64,000 nucleotides of DNA from NCBI RefSeq assembly GCF_009914755.1, contig NC_060931.1. One strand, written 5' to 3'. This document shows, piece by piece, positions 39,500-56,357 of the stretch. The DNA comes from the human T2T-CHM13v2.0 reference genome, Homo sapiens. Under the pieces are notes generated by a model. The model was not told the DNA's origin. It saw only the letters and a program-made list of their open reading frames with translations, and ran no database searches. Numbering within the stretch: the first letter of the stretch is position 1; the number at the start of each line of letters is the position of its first letter. Position numbers and translations under genes: made by a program.

Positions 39500-40360
39500 A
39501 CTTAAACAAGAATCTAAAATGGTCAAAGGGAGCACCTTCCAATGTAGCTAAGTAAGCTCCTACCAGAGTCATCTCTTCTGCAGGTAACAAATGTTAACTA
39601 GAAAAAGAGTGGAATAACAATAAATTGAGGGCATTGGGTAGTAAAAGCTAAAGTAGGTCAATTCTAGAAGAAGGGTTGATACCCATAAAAAGGGAGTGAC
39701 ATGAGTGAGCTCCATTTTGATGGCTTTTTGCCTTAAGCATTCCAAAGGTGGCACTATATAGAACAGCAAAAATTCTGATAGAAAGCCCACAGATTTTTCA
39801 GCTTAATGGAATACAGGGCAGATTTCAGGTCAACCAGAGCCACAGGCAAATGAAAGCAGTGGAAGGAGCCGCACATGATAAACACTGCTCAAATCTTAGG
39901 CTGATTCTTGAATCATGCTTATGTGAGACAGACTCAGCTAAGGGAAAATTAGCCTACCTGAGATGTGAGCTGTTGCCCAAGAAATGGTGTTTTCTGAGTC
40001 TGACCAAATTATTAATAATTGCTTGCTCCTATAAAAGATTCAGTGTTTTTAGAATAATATAAAAGAATCCAAAATCTACACAATATAATATTTACAATGC
40101 CCAGGATTAAATCCAAGATTACTCAACATACAAAAAACCAGGAAAATGTGACCTCTTTACAAGACAAAAAGTCTGACAATGCAAATGAATCACAAAATGA
40201 CTCAGAGTTAGGAATTTATGGAAAGATATTTCACATAAATTATTATGCTATATTCAATGATATAAAGAAAAATATGCTTACTATGAGTGAAGCAACAGGA
40301 AATTATAGAAAACTAGATATAGAAATTAAGCAAATTGAAATTCATTTTACTTGAAAATAC
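39500..40360 (+). mobile_element. Ancient L1M 5'UTR/ORF1-start fragment
   Basis: atgcccaggattaaatccaagattactcaacatacaaaaaaccaggaaaatgtgacc is typical of old L1M ORF1 5' regions. Confidence 0.55.
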
Positions 40361-40384
40361 ATGTAAGAATTACTTCTTAAAAAG

Positions 40385-41235
40385 CTAGATTTCAGTAGCA
40401 ATGAGTACATCCAGCACTTGATCTTGGTTTCTAATGCTATTTTGCCATAATTGGAAATACATCTCCTTGGAGAAATGGATCAAGACTTGGAACATCAAAA
40501 GTCAGAAGGAAAATGTCCAGGAAAAACAAAAACCAAAACAAAACATCTCAGTACCTCAGTTATAGGGCATCCCAAAGGGACACAGAAGCCAACTTAAAGA
40601 GCTACCGGTGGCTAATGCTGAATCAATTTGAGCAACAAAATATATAAAATATTATCAGATTATAGCCCAAAGCATAAATAAATATTTATGAGCTCATAAG
40701 GATATAAATAAACAATTAAATCAGTAACTAAATAGGAGTAAGGAGATAAATCTCACATGCAGAATAATCCAAATAATTCACGTAAACACTCCAGCCTCAA
40801 GGAGAGTGAGTACAACTCCCCACTCCTTAGTGTGAGTTGCATACAAGTGTCTTCCTTTCAAAGAATACAGTCTGTAAAAGGGGAAAAAGAAGAATAACTT
40901 CACAATATGAGAAACCTGGCAAATGATACCTCAACCAGGTGATCAAGGTCAACATAAGTCATCTTAATAGTATATACACTTGATATGTTGTAATGGGAAT
41001 GGTCTTCCTCTCAAAAGCCCATTACTTGAGTCTAATTATAAGAAAAACACACAAATTCCAATGAAGGACATCCTAGAAAATACCTGACCAATACTCAACA
41101 ATGTCAATATCAAACATAAAAAAGGTCTGATAAACTGTCACAGCCAAGATCCTAAGACATGAGCTCTAAATGTAGACTGGAATTAAGGATAGGATTCTGG
41201 AACAGATAGGGAACTTTGGGTAACAATGAAGAAGA
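40385..41235 (+). mobile_element. L1MC3/L1MC4-like 3' UTR fragment
   Basis: gatcttggtttctaa, cccaaagggacacagaagccaact, aactccccactcctt, aaccaggtgatcaaggtcaacat. Confidence 0.7.
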
Positions 41236-44200
41236 TATGCTCAGGTTTGCCTTTTCTGTGACATCTTCCATGACTGTCCCAAGGTAAAGGACCATTTTTC
41301 TCTCTGTGACCAAGAATCCCTGTCATCATTCAGCAGTGATCATATGCCATGCTGCATGATTTATCATCAGTCAATTGTTCTATCCTGCAATTAAATTACT
41401 TGGTAGAGAGCTGTGGATAAGTTACGTAGCTCTTTGTACTTCAGGTGTTTAGCACAGTTCCTTGAATAAGGGAAAGGTCTTCAATATTCTTGATGATGTT
41501 CTATTTTATATCTAGGTATTTTTTAAATTAAGGAAACATATAGCCCTGTTAATAGGCTTGATGGAAATGGCAACACAATAGTACTAAAGATCTCTCTTCA
41601 ACTCACCTTTTCTCTGGAAATGTCAGGGCTGTATTTTTCAGACAGGAGTTAATGTTCTATATTACCTTGTTAGTGTTCCTCATAAATTCATAGTCTGTTT
41701 CCTCAAACTTATAGATTCGAAACTCATATATTAGCTTTCTGAAAGTAGATTATTATCTGTAAATGAACTGACTAGTCAATGTTAAGCAGCATTAAACAAA
41801 AGTAAAAATAATAGCTAACAATTTATACATGAAAATGATTACTAGCCCCAGGCCTATGACAAGAATGAATTTACAGAAAACTACAATATTAATGAAATAG
41901 AAATCACACAATGAAATAGTTGAACTGTCTTAAGGTAGGTCATATTTATTCATCCTTTTTTATGCCATGTCAGATTATTTTTCTAGCACTTCTATATATA
42001 TTCATGTCCACTGTACCCAAAACAGAGGCCAGTTATCTAAAATAAGATCACTTTCTATTCTAACAAAATTAACTTTTTAGTCTTAATGTTTATTCTTTTT
42101 CTATTCTATTTTTCGCATTCTCCTACATTACTAGACAGAATACATATCATTTCTATAGTGAAATTGAAATGATTCTCTACTCTTCTGAGTATTTATAAGA
42201 GTGAGAGCACTCTTTCCTGCATTACTTGTATTGGATTGCTAGTTCCAAAAGCAAAGTTTCTGAACCCATTTTTGACTTGGTCACAAGTCAAGTTTTTAAA
42301 AATAAAGAAAATATTTGGTCCCCAAATATAGGACCTTGTTTTTTACAACCATGGCAGAATATAGAAAGGCTCCCCCATTTCAGAGATTCCCAAATAGCAG
42401 CTGTGCACATAAGGATTGGTAGTTTCTGTGTTGGTGGGTTTTCCTGCCACTATTACTAGGGATCAACAAAGAAAGCAGTAGTGATATTACTAGGAAACTC
42501 AAATATAACGGGAGAAAATCTAGCCTATGGTTATTCAGAAAACGAGAGGCAGAGAGGAATTTAGGGTAAGTGAAGCCATATAAATCAACTAATTTATAGT
42601 TGTAATCCCAGAGTCATAATAAATGATCTAACTTATATTCAGCAAAGGACTGATCCAAACAGCTAAAAAATCGGGTTGCATAATATGGTTTGAGAAATTT
42701 TTAATGGATCAGAATCTGTCCTTTATTAGTTTATTGAGAATAAATTAGTTAAGTTTCAATTTGTTTCACATTAAATTAATGCCCTTCTCTATAACTTGAA
42801 AGGGACAGCGAGGTAAGTTAAAAATTTATATTTCTTAAAAATAGATCCACAAAACAGCCTTTAAGAAGAATGAATTTGGTGAGACAGAAAAATATGAAAA
42901 TGTTAAGGAAGTGTTCTAAAATGTCTGACTTCACCATAGCAGCTTAAGCTCTGAAATTATCTGGTTCATTAAAAAATTAAGTCTTTTTAATGAAAGCCGA
43001 AGACTAAACAAATAATCTTTTCTTTTTGTCTTTATTCATTTACCTGGCATAAAATTGAAAACAAAAGGAACTGCTTTGATTAATGACCTCTGCTAATCCT
43101 TTTAGTAGAATACATGATGATATTTCTTAAATTTTATATCACTAACAAATTAAGTTTGTGTTAATAATAAATGTCACTCACATGAAAATTCTGCATAAAT
43201 ACTCAGGGTGATCTATATTTTATCAGAAGTAACAGAAAGCATGCCAGTCAGTGTGGATTTAAATAAGCAATTAGTGCATAAGTTATTAAACATTTTAAAC
43301 AAATGGGTTGTATCCAGCCCAACTTATTAAAGTTCAAATAAACTTCATAGAATCTTGATGGCACAGGTGTCTCTGAACTGCCGAGAATTTCTGCATTCAT
43401 AAAAGATAAAATAGGTTAGCTTTACATATGATATAATCTTCTTTTCAATCCTAAAATTTTTGTAAACATTTTTGAAAACTATTATTGTAATCCAAGTCTT
43501 TGCTGTCATCCCTTTTCTGATGTTTATAGCTTCTAGGGAATTCAGGCAAATAATGAAAGTCCAAGGAGGATCAACTTCTGAATTAGAAGGTATGAATCAG
43601 GATTCTTCAGACCTTCCAATTAAACCAGGGTTATTTCTCTCAGCTGTATCTGTAGGACTCCAGGGAGACTGCAGTTTGTTGAAATGTGGGACTGTATCAG
43701 AGTTTGAGGTTTTATTTCTTTATGGATTTCATTAAAAAATTAATTCTAAACACTTCTTGTAATTCCTTGGTATATTTTGTTTTTATGATATTGCTCATTT
43801 TCTTAAAAAGTACAGCTGGGAATGGTGATTCACACTTAGAAATAGCTAACTGTGGCAGTTTCCTTTGTTGCTAGAATGATCACAAAATTTATTTTCTCAA
43901 AATGGGATAGTTTTGAGAATAAAATTAGTGTAAATTTTTTCAGGGTGTGAAAATGTTTTAAGTTTTATTAAGTTTAATTAATTTATTAATTGTAATTATT
44001 TATTAGCCATAAATATATTTAATTTGCTTGGAAAGACCATAAAATATCTATTCAAAATTAAATTATCTCTAAAAAGAATAATGATATCTATTTACTTGTA
44101 TGCCAAAAATTATGAGTTGATTGTCTAAATGACAAAAATTACATACATAAAATTAAGTATTTATGTACTTCAGGCAGTTTCTTGTTTGTTTCTAATACCA

Positions 44201-45668
44201 TGTATATTTTTCAGAAGAAACCAATTTAAAATGATCTTATTTTTAATTTTTAAAATAAAATTCCCTATAGTTATTTTCAGAGTTGCATTTTAGGTTTAAT
44301 GCATTAAAATTATTAATACCTTTAATGTAGTTTGCTCCATGACCGACTGTATGTTCAAATGAGAAAATATTATCTTTATAGGTGCTCAGGTATGATGTAC
44401 ACTCAGAGGGTTTCTGGAGGATATTCTTAATTCTAATCCCTACTAGAAATGCATACATATTTCAGCCAAATATTTTTACTAAGATCTTTTTTTGCTAAAA
44501 TCCCAAATATCATCTTCAACAAGTGTTTTTATAAAACAAAGTTTTAAAAAATTCCTTGTCTCTATCATTATTTTGAATGTTTTGCCAAATGTAGATGCTG
44601 CAACATATAAGACCTATTAAAATTTCATTCAATTACAGAATATAACTTTAACCAATTAAAAATGTTATCTAAATCAAAAGCTATTACTATTTGTCACAAG
44701 TCAATTTGTTCTAAAACACAATTATAACACTCAAAAAATTATTTTTTATGCTGTTTGAATGCTAATTATTGAGTTTATTCCATTTCTACCTTACTCTTGT
44801 GGGATTAAATTTCAGTTTCTTCCTGTATGCAAATTAGTTTTAAATAACTATATTTCACTATAAACTATGCAGGTTTTTAGATTATTGTGTTTCATTTATT
44901 ATTTTTATTAAGCATTTCTAACTGAATTTGAACTGAAGAGAAGCAAAATTCATATAGCTCATTTATAAAAAAGATTCAGTATCATTTTTAGAGTGACTTA
45001 CAAAGCAATCCTTTGACAGCTCAAATATTTCTAAAATCTAATTAATAATAAGCAGCAAAGAAAGAGTTCATACCTCCATGGTTAAGGAGGCTTTTGTTTT
45101 TTGTTTGTGTTCAATGTCAATCTTGATTCAAATTTTTCATAGTTCAGTTACTCTTAATGTGTATATAAAAACATTTTCAATTTATCAATGATAGCTTCTA
45201 CTTTGATCCATAAAAAGTATTAATGCAACCTTTTTGGATCTGATATGAATTATGTGTTAAAATTTGTGAACCTTAAGTTTTTATACTACGAAAATTACTT
45301 TTACTAGGACAACGAAAGTTATTTTCTTATGAGCACTACAAAATAAATAAGTTAATCTTTAATATTGAATTTATTATCTGAATTCACACTAATGTCTGAT
45401 ATTTAACATTCAAGAGTGAACTTTCAAAACCAGTCTGGTTTCATAAATTGGATTTAAAAACAATGAATTATTAAGACTAATTTTGTATTTGAAGCTTCTG
45501 ATGACATTGGATTAAAACTAGTATCATTTAACTTTTTATGAAGTTCTATTAATGTAACCAACATATTATTGCTTATGGCTTTACTTTTCCTAGTTACACA
45601 AAGCTACTTTCACTTATAACTGAGCGAAGTTAATTTTAAATAGTCATTTGATATAGTGAAAATACAGG

Positions 45669-45799
45669 TGATATGGTTTGGATTTGTGTTTTTGCCCAAA
45701 TTTCATGGCGAATTGGAGGAGGGGCCTGGTGGGAGGTGATTGAATCATGGGGGCAGACTTCCCCCATGCTGTTCTCCTGAGAGTGAGTGAGTTCTCACA
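45669..45799 (+). mobile_element. THE1/MST LTR 5' fragment
   Basis: tgatatggtttggatttgtg...ggggcctggtgggaggtgattgaatcatgggggcagacttccc...gagttctcac. Confidence 0.85.
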
Positions 45800-47938
45800 C
45801 TAACCATTCCTATACCAACCACTTTGCTTTATTAGCAAGTGTTCTTTATATTTTCCTTGAAATGGGTGCCAGTTATTACACCTGGGAAAAATTAGTAAAC
45901 GAGAAAGAAGTTATTGCTTGTCATGTTTCAGATTTAACCACATGAGAGAATTTCACTTCCCTGTACATGTATTTGAAATCCTAAGAAGCAAGATCATGCA
46001 AACACATGGAAGAAAAGAATAGGTCTATTATAACCATTCTGTATTATTTTAACAATTCCTTACTCAAAATGTAAAATAATTCAGACAAATGGTAAATTGA
46101 ATGGAACAACCGAACAAGAACATGAACTGGAACTGTCCCTGCCAAACTGGAAATACTGGTCGTCCCATAAATAGCTGTATTGCTGTGTTTCCAATTAGTA
46201 ACTGCAGCATTACAGAAGCATGCCCGGCCTCTTTCTAACAACCCACAGTGACACAGGGAAAATATGGAATTATTACACTGCCAGACAGCAAGCAAGCATC
46301 AACAATAGCATTTTGTTTAAAATATGTTATCTTTTTTCATATTTGATGTTCTATGTGTGGGTTTGGCCTTATGTGCACATATCAAATTAACAAAATACCA
46401 TGTACCATTTTAACAATAATAAAGTTGAAAAGAGCTACAAATATAATCATACAGAGTGTAAAAATCAAAACTCTGTTTGATATTTTTATATGATTATCAT
46501 TTAAATTAGTAAAAGTATAATGGATGTTATATTCTATAATGTGAATTTTTATATTTATAATATTAGACGTGATACGACATAGTGTTTAAAGAAAAATGGG
46601 AGGCCAGTAGAATACACTAAATTATAGGTATCCAGATATCAGATGTGTCTGTAGCCATGTATCCTTTACATATTGCAATGTATGCTATCTTGTTTTAAAT
46701 ATCTTGGTTTTGGCATTTATTACCATTTAGGTATTAAATTGATTTTTAAAAATTATGTGCTAGTAGATTATATCATTATGTGTGAATTTCATTTTAAGAT
46801 AGTAAAAAGAGAGTGGTAAAATATTTGTAATATTTTGTAATCAGGGATTTGAAACAAATATGATTAAAAAAATCACTACAGAAGCAAACTCTATTATTTC
46901 ATTCATCCCTTGATAGTCTTTGCTTCTGTAGCTTTCCATATTTATTTCCTTTTACCTATCATAGTCTCCTTTATCCTCCCCCAACACATTTGTGTAGACC
47001 ATGTTCTACTGCTTCATAAGCCACAACTTAAATTACTTTTATGAAACATATCCCAAGTCATTATTTTCTGGACTTCCAAAGTCCTTTACCTGTATCTTTT
47101 CTTTCACAAATAGCTATTAGTATCAAGGATACTAGTTATTCATGTTATTTCTTCTTAGTTCTGTAAGTTCTTTGATGGCTGAATGAGTCATATTTATATT
47201 TAAATCATATATCGCACACTTTTCTTAGCATGTGACAGAAGCCCAATAATTTTGGTTGAAGAAATAAAGGTAACACTTCAAATACATGTTAATTTTGAGT
47301 TGTATGAAGAAAGAGAGTACTAAATGAGGAAATATTAGCACGGGTAAAAGCGCGTCCACAAACAGGAGAATTTCTAAGCATTAGAGAGAACCTATGTTTT
47401 TAGAACTAACAGAAGACAAGATGGCAATGTGGGTCTGAACCAGGTTGTGGAGGGCCTTATCTGCCAAAGTAAATTCATAAGAATTCTTTAAGTGTGGGGA
47501 GTCTTTGGGGATTAGATTACAATACATAAAATGGATAGAAGTTGTGTAAATACAAGCTCAGGTGACCAGTTAGTAAGCAATTTTATTAGTTCAAATTAGA
47601 AGTAATGACCTCAGTCAGGGAGACTGGCATAAAAAAATAAAGGAGACGACATATGTGAGGGATATCAAGTAATGTCAACAAACATTTATGACAAAGCAGG
47701 AGGCTTATTAAAAAAATGTCATGAGGTTTATTGCTTCATAATGCAATGACATTTTAAGAGAAATACATGTTAGAGGGGGGAAGACCCTTTTATTTTGAAG
47801 ATGAAATTTCATTATGAGTTTCAGGAACCATCTAGGTGGAGCTGTCCAGCTGGGAAGTAGGTCCCAAAAGTTAGGAAATGGGTTCACCCACATAGAAGTG
47901 ATAACTAAAGCTGTGACTATGGGGAGGAAGAAAAGGAA

Positions 47939-48441
47939 TGTGATAGATGAAATAATGCCCTCCTCTGAAAGATATTGGATCCTGATCCTCAGAACCTGTG
48001 ACTGTGTTGCCCTATATGGCAAAGGAATTTAAAGTAAAAGATGAAATTATTTGCTAATCAGCTGATTTTAAGATAAAGAGATTATACTGGATTATCCGAG
48101 TCAGTGCAATATAATCACGGGGTGCGTCAAAGTGGAAAGGGAAAGCCTAGAGTAGGTCACAGTGACTCAGAATGAGAAGGCTTGGCCTGACTTTTCAAGT
48201 CTTGAAGTTGGAGGAAGGGGACCATAAACCAAGGAAAGCAGGTGGTCACCACAATGTGAAAAAGGTGAGGGAGTGGAATCTCTATAACTATCTTCAGGAA
48301 GAACACAGCCCTGCTAACACCTTGACACCCAATGATCTCATTCTAGGTTTCTGGCCTCCAAAGGAGTGAGACAACATATTTTTATTGTTTTAAGCCATGA
48401 AGTTTGTGGTCCTTTGTCATGGTACCAATAGAAATCTAACA
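47939..48441 (+). mobile_element. MLT1D-like solo LTR (within L2 remnants)
   Basis: agaacctgtga, gctaatcagctga, gagattatactggattatcc, acacagccctgctaacaccttga, ttttaagccatgaagtttgtgg. Confidence 0.85.
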
Positions 48442-48941
48442 AAGAAAAAGCAACAGTAATGAGAGCTCATCAGAAGCAAATATACAGAGGTTATAAGTGA
48501 ATAAAGTCTGCAAGTGTGTTATAGGATTTGGCAACTAATGTATCAACAATGACATTTGAAAAGACAGTGGAAAGAGAATAATAACTTTGAATACAATTTT
48601 CTTGTTCTTTAAAAATATTCCAAGAAATGGATTAGACTTGATTATTGGCCATATTTCTCAAAACAATCTTTCCAGAAAGTTATCCCAACTTTACATGCGC
48701 AACTGACATCCAGGGAAATGTTTTCAGTTGCTCATGACTAGAACTAATAGGGCTGAGATTTGACCACAGATTTGTTTGGTTTCACTGCCTATGCTCCTTC
48801 TACTATGATTCCTAAACTTGTTGGGAATCAAACTGCAAAGATTTAAAGAGGGAGCAGGTAAAGATATGAGTGGAGTGTGTTTAAATCAATGAGTTCAAGG
48901 CATTTGTTCTTTAGAAAAAAGATGTGATGATTCCTTAAAAT

Positions 48942-49163
48942 CAGCGTTTATCAACCTTGGCCCTATTGACATATTGGGCTGGATAAATGTTTTCAGTAGG
49001 AGGATGTCCTGTGTGCTGCAGGATATTCAGCAACATCCCTGGCCTCTGCCCACATGATGCAAGTAGCACCTTCTCCAGGTAGGATTGTAACACCCCAAAA
49101 TTTCTTCACAAATTGCCAAATGTCCTATGGGAGGTAAAAATCACCTTAGGTTGAGAATCCCTG
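48942..49163. mobile_element. MER20 (hAT-Charlie MITE)
   Basis: cagcgtttatcaaccttggccctattgacat ... gcaacatccctggcctct ... ggttgagaatccctg; CAG/CTG terminal inverted repeats. Confidence 0.88.
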
Positions 49164-51204
49164 TCTTAAGTTTGCTATGGAGTTAAGAAAAAGGTTTTGT
49201 TACCTTTTTTTTTTTAAAATGAAGGTGAAGTTGTTTAGGGAGACCTGAGTATGCTTACTGATAATAGGAGAAAGAATCATTAGAGAGGAAATGATTGAAA
49301 ATGCAACAAAATAAACAAGGTGAGACACAGCATGATCTTCTGGTGCTCAGTATAATGTGTTTCAAGACACACAGTAGCTGAGCCACGAAAAACCTGGTTA
49401 AGACTCAGAAGCTGACATTCTGAATGTGAGCATAGAAGTGATTCCTGGGCAGTATTTTGCAAAGTATGTTTTGTGAAGGATATTCCCAAGAGTTTCCTCG
49501 AAAGCAGGGTCTCCACATCAAATTGTTTTGGAAAATATCACTTACTGTAACTCTTTGGGATGTTTACACTACAGAATAGAGTTTTTAAAACTTCGGGAAA
49601 TTATTCAGCATTTCCAAACTTTTTTTATTATGGATATTTTCTCCTGTGCAATACCTATTAATATACAAAAGAACATACAGGAAAACTTATGCAACATTGG
49701 TAAATTTATTTTTATTAATACCAGTTTAGAAAAGTAATCATTCATTCATGTATAAGAAAATGAGTAGGACTCTCTTTGCCATTTTTTTCTATTCCCAAAA
49801 ATGTATGCAAGATGCAGTCTTTTCTCTATCAAGGTCCCAAACTCTTTGTTCTCTTATTGTCCCAAATCCTTGTCCACTTAGGATTTAGAATTTCGAAGCA
49901 TATTTTTCCTCCCTTCAGTTTACCAATGGACACCCACCCCCAACCATCCCTTCTAAGGCAAAGAAAGGAAGAAATGAGAAATTTATAAGGATTTAAAACA
50001 GGTATTTAAAGATAGAATTGTCTAATCAAATTTGAGGGAAAAAAAATGGAGGCTGAATGCTTGGAGAGCTGAAACAGCCTAGTCAAATTGCAATTCAACT
50101 TTTTATTAGTAGAAAATTGCCCTATGTAAACTTACCCATTTCTTTAAATGTATTATATTCTTTTTTATTTCATTTTTTTTCCCTTAGCATCACTGAGACA
50201 TCATTTTGGAAAACCATTAAACCATGTCAGCTGTATTAAGAGAAAAGCAACCTTGGTTTATGTCTTGTTCATGAGTCCAGGAGGGCTAGGGAAAATGGGG
50301 GCCTCTCAAAGGCTCAAGGCTGTGAGATGAATTAGTGATTCCAGCCAGTGCAGTGAATAAGAACAGCAAATATCAAAGACTCAAACTCATAGTATGCATG
50401 TCCTCATAGTAGCCTAGACCAGAGTTCATTTCCATCTGAAGGAGGTGGCTAGGAATGGTGTGCTTCGTGTTTTTATTTGTTTGTTCGTTTTGTATTTTAT
50501 GTGGATTTATATTACTATATGCAGGAAGAGAAATATGACATAATAAAACTTATATATCTGAAAAAGACATTGAACAATATTCTTTACTAGGCCAGAGTTT
50601 TGAGAAATGACATATGAAAAAGGCAAGAACTCACTGCAGTGTATGAATTAACCTGGACAGTAAAATGAAAGACAACATGAACCAGAAACAAAAGAACAAT
50701 TTGAAATCACAAACAAGAACGATAGAAAGGGAAAGCAAATAAAAGTAAAACCAAGAAACTGCCCCTGTCAGTACTGGCTTAGTGCTGTAATAATATCCTG
50801 GTGAAGAATTGGCAAAAAGCATAGTGCATCACAGCAATGGCTATATAACATATGACATTCACACCTTTTTATTAATAATCACTACAACTTATCATGTATT
50901 TCTTTTCAGTTCATAGTTTTCTGACTTTATTCTCAAAACCATCCTATGTGGTAGATATTAATATCCCTATTTCAGAGCCTAAAGAGTTTAAATAACTTTT
51001 TCAGAATCATACATAGATGCCTATCCAACCTCAAAGTCTGTGCTGTTATTCTCCATATTTGTTGCCAAATACTGTTGATATCTTTATCAAAATCCAAGTT
51101 AAAGCTTTTCTCCAGATACCAATAAGGAGATGCACCAAAACAAAGTGGATATACTTTTTATTTTCATCACTTGCTCAGTAATCAAATGATCCAAGAAAAC
51201 AAAT

Positions 51205-51365
51205 GTGTGTGTATATACATGTTATACATATAATATTTATATGTTTACATTTACATATAAAATATATAGGCATCTATATATTTATATTAATATATAGATA
51301 TATAGGCATCTATATGTTTATACATGTATAAAATATATATAATCATATATATATCACATATATAT
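51205..51365. repeat. AT-rich low-complexity (TA)n-like tract
   Basis: Degenerate TA repeats with a duplicated atataggcatctatat. Confidence 0.7.
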
Positions 51366-51510
51366 AAAAAACTGTGGAAACTAATAAGCAGAAGAAATGG
51401 CCAGTATGTCAGCCAATGTCAAATACTTTATAGAAATGTTTGAAAAAAATACAAAAACATCTTAAAAACTACTGAAGAAGAAAAAAAATAATTAATGTCC
51501 CTTGACATGA

Positions 51511-51867
51511 TGTCTTAGTTAGTTCTGGCTCTTATAACAAATATATCCTGGGCTAGGTGGTTTAAAGAAAACAAATTTATTTTTCATAGTTCTGTAGCCT
51601 AGAAAATTTCAGGTCAAGGTGCTGTCAGATTCAGTGTTTGGTTAGAGCTCATCTGGTTTACAGAAGGCTGTATTCTCATTGTGTCTTCACATGTCAGAAA
51701 ACAGAGAAAGGAAGAAAGCACTAGTGTCTCTTCTTGTAAGAGTGCTAATCTCATTCATGAAAGCTCCACCCTCACAACCTAATTACCCTCACCTCCTATT
51801 GCCATCACTTAGGGGTTTGGATTTCAACATATAAATTTGTAGGGACACAAACATTCAGTATGTAACA
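51511..51867 (-). mobile_element. MLT1A0-like solo LTR
   Basis: tgtcttagtt ... acacaaacattcagtatgtaaca; TSD catga/catgg. Confidence 0.87.
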
Positions 51868-54024
51868 CATGGCATATAGCCAGAATTATAAAAACGAGAA
51901 GAAAAATTGTACAACAAATTTGAGTTTGTATAAGAAAAAAAAATCAAGAAATGGTCCATTTTAATTTAACTTTATTCCCTCATTCACTATAACCATGCTC
52001 CACTTAAGGAATTTATTTAAAATATCTGATTCTCAATATTTTTCTTTCAATAGGTGGAAGTGTTCAATTATCACATTATCATATATTTTTGTGCAAATGA
52101 TGTTAAATAAACATAATAAAACTTAAAATAGATGCCTAGTATATAGCAGACAGTTAATCATTTTCTAAAACTTCATTCAAAACTGAGAAAGTTACATATT
52201 GGAAATGAAAATGATTTCCCATCACATTGCATTTTCCTTGAGAATCTGACTTGTCTGAAGTCCTGGAAGAGGAGACTTCAGTACTCATTCTGCCCCCATA
52301 CCTAGTCATGTCTACATGAACCAGCTATGGATACTGACCCAAATTAGATTAATAACACAAACTTTTTTAAATTTGGGACAAAAACAGAATAAATAATTTA
52401 GCTCTGCAGTGTCTACCTAGACTTTCAGTTTATCTTGTGGGCTCAGCTCACCACCTCGGGATGGCTGTGATTAAACTTTTACAAACAGCTGAGAATGAAG
52501 GAGGAGCCTGAATGTGAAAACAATAGAAAGAAGTAGAGAGAATAGAGGAGCAGAGCTGTTGGAAGGAAGGGAAGCAGGGACACAAGGCAACAGAGAGGTT
52601 AATTTTCTAATACCCAATTGCTGTAAAGTTTAGCCATATTTCCTTCATTTGCATTCATCAACATTCTCCTATGTTTATATAATAATTCCCCTTTTTATTA
52701 AGTTTCTCTCAGTGGGTTTCAGCTCTTTGCAACCAAATTATTCCCAATTTAAGCAGGTTAGGAACTTAAATAAAACCATTTTGACGAACAATAAGATTCC
52801 AGCTGCTAGTCTTCTTATTCTTTAGTAAGAATTGAGCTTTCTTTCTTTCTTTTTTTTTTTCACCTCTGATACAGTAACAGTTTGTGAGGATGCCCAAGCC
52901 TTGATGTGTAGGACAAGAAAGAGAGTTACAGGAGTTAGCAGTGAATAAAATTATTTAAATTTTGAAAGAAAAGATGAGAAAATGGAAAATTGATTCTTAG
53001 TTTCCATTTTTGTAACTCAAATGTCTGAGTGGCCCTTAATTGCTAAGGAGGACACTGATGACTGAACTTTAAATTCTGACTCATAAGCTTTAGATTGTGG
53101 GAGTTTAGAGGTGGTCTGATGATCCAGCATACATCATGTGAGGACTTCTTGTTGACGCTGTAACTCAGAAAATCAAAGTTTGTTTTGTTTTGGTTTTAGA
53201 TAAGTGCAAATAGAACACAACATGACCACTAATGATTACAAGATGTATTAAAGTAGAAAAGAAAGACACTAGGTGTATAACCATATTGATTTATGGCATG
53301 TCCTAAGGTGGCTGACAGCTCATGTGAGAAAATGCCCAAATATCAGTTTACTTCCAACTGTGGTCACTAGGTTTTGAATTACCATAATAGAGTCGTTGAT
53401 ATTTTATACCCCTCAGCTATTTTGTAATCTTATTATACTATTTTTTACTTGCACACACCCAATTAAACTATTTCTCCTCTCAAAGAAAGCACGAACTATC
53501 TTAGAAGCTTAGAAATTTTACTGAGTTTAGCAGGTGCCATTACAAAAAGAAAACCTAGCTTTCATGAGTATGATTATTTTAGGTGCCATCCAAACTAAAT
53601 TATGATTAGACTATGAAATTGGGACAGTTTAGAAAAAAATGATTATATTTTCTGAATCTGGGGATCCATGACTACTTCCCCACTTATGATCCATTTTCAG
53701 AGAACTTTGTCCACCTATGGCCAGGAAATGATAGCCCTAGACATGCTATAAACCTCACCCTGTCCCCAATCATAGCTCATTGATGAGTAGCCATGAGTGG
53801 TTTCCTGATCTAACCCATGTCCATTATATTTTCCTTCTAAATTAGAATTTAGAACACAGATTCTAATTTATCAATATTAAGCTAGAGGTCACCAGAGAAG
53901 GAAGAATGGTCTTTAGAAAGAAATAAAATAAAGTAAAATAAAAAAAGACATCCTGAAGTCTTAGAAAACAAGAGGCAATAGTATCAGTTTTGTTTTTTTC
54001 AATTTCTGGTTCTATTTTTAAAAT

Positions 54025-54151
54025 TTAGTTTAATTTAATTTTAATTGGCAAATAATAATTTTACATATTCAGAGAAGCATAATGATATTATGTACACATA
54101 ATATTTAGTGATCAGATCAATTTAATTAACATACCTATCATCTAAAACATT
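54025..54151 (-). mobile_element. L1MA 3' end fragment
   Basis: aattggcaaataataattttacatatt...agtgatcagatca...catacctatcatct. Confidence 0.6.
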
Positions 54152-54254
54152 GTATTCTAGAGCCATGTCATACTTTCTGCATTTGTGTTTCTAAAATTTT
54201 ATGATATTTTCCGTATATTTTCTTATTTATAACTAGCACAAATAAAATTTTATG

Positions 54255-54276
54255 TATATATATATATATATATATA
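54255..54276. repeat. (TA)11 microsatellite
   Basis: Counted directly. Confidence 0.95.
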
Positions 54277-54402
54277 TTCCAAATAGTTTCCAGTTAAGGT
54301 ATCTGGGATTGTGCAGTCTAATATGTTTGCTTTCTCAGTTATGTAGACTGGTATCCTTAACATAATGTAAATCATAGTAGAAATTGAATACATATTAATT
54401 AA

Positions 54403-56002
<1,600 letters not shown>

Positions 56003-56018
56003 TCAAAACCAAATAGAA

Positions 56019-56357
<339 letters not shown>

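Noticed and set aside
43472-43735. 87-aa ORF, with the opposite strand also nearly open
   Set aside because: Non-ATG start, no recognisable domain; no support without conservation data
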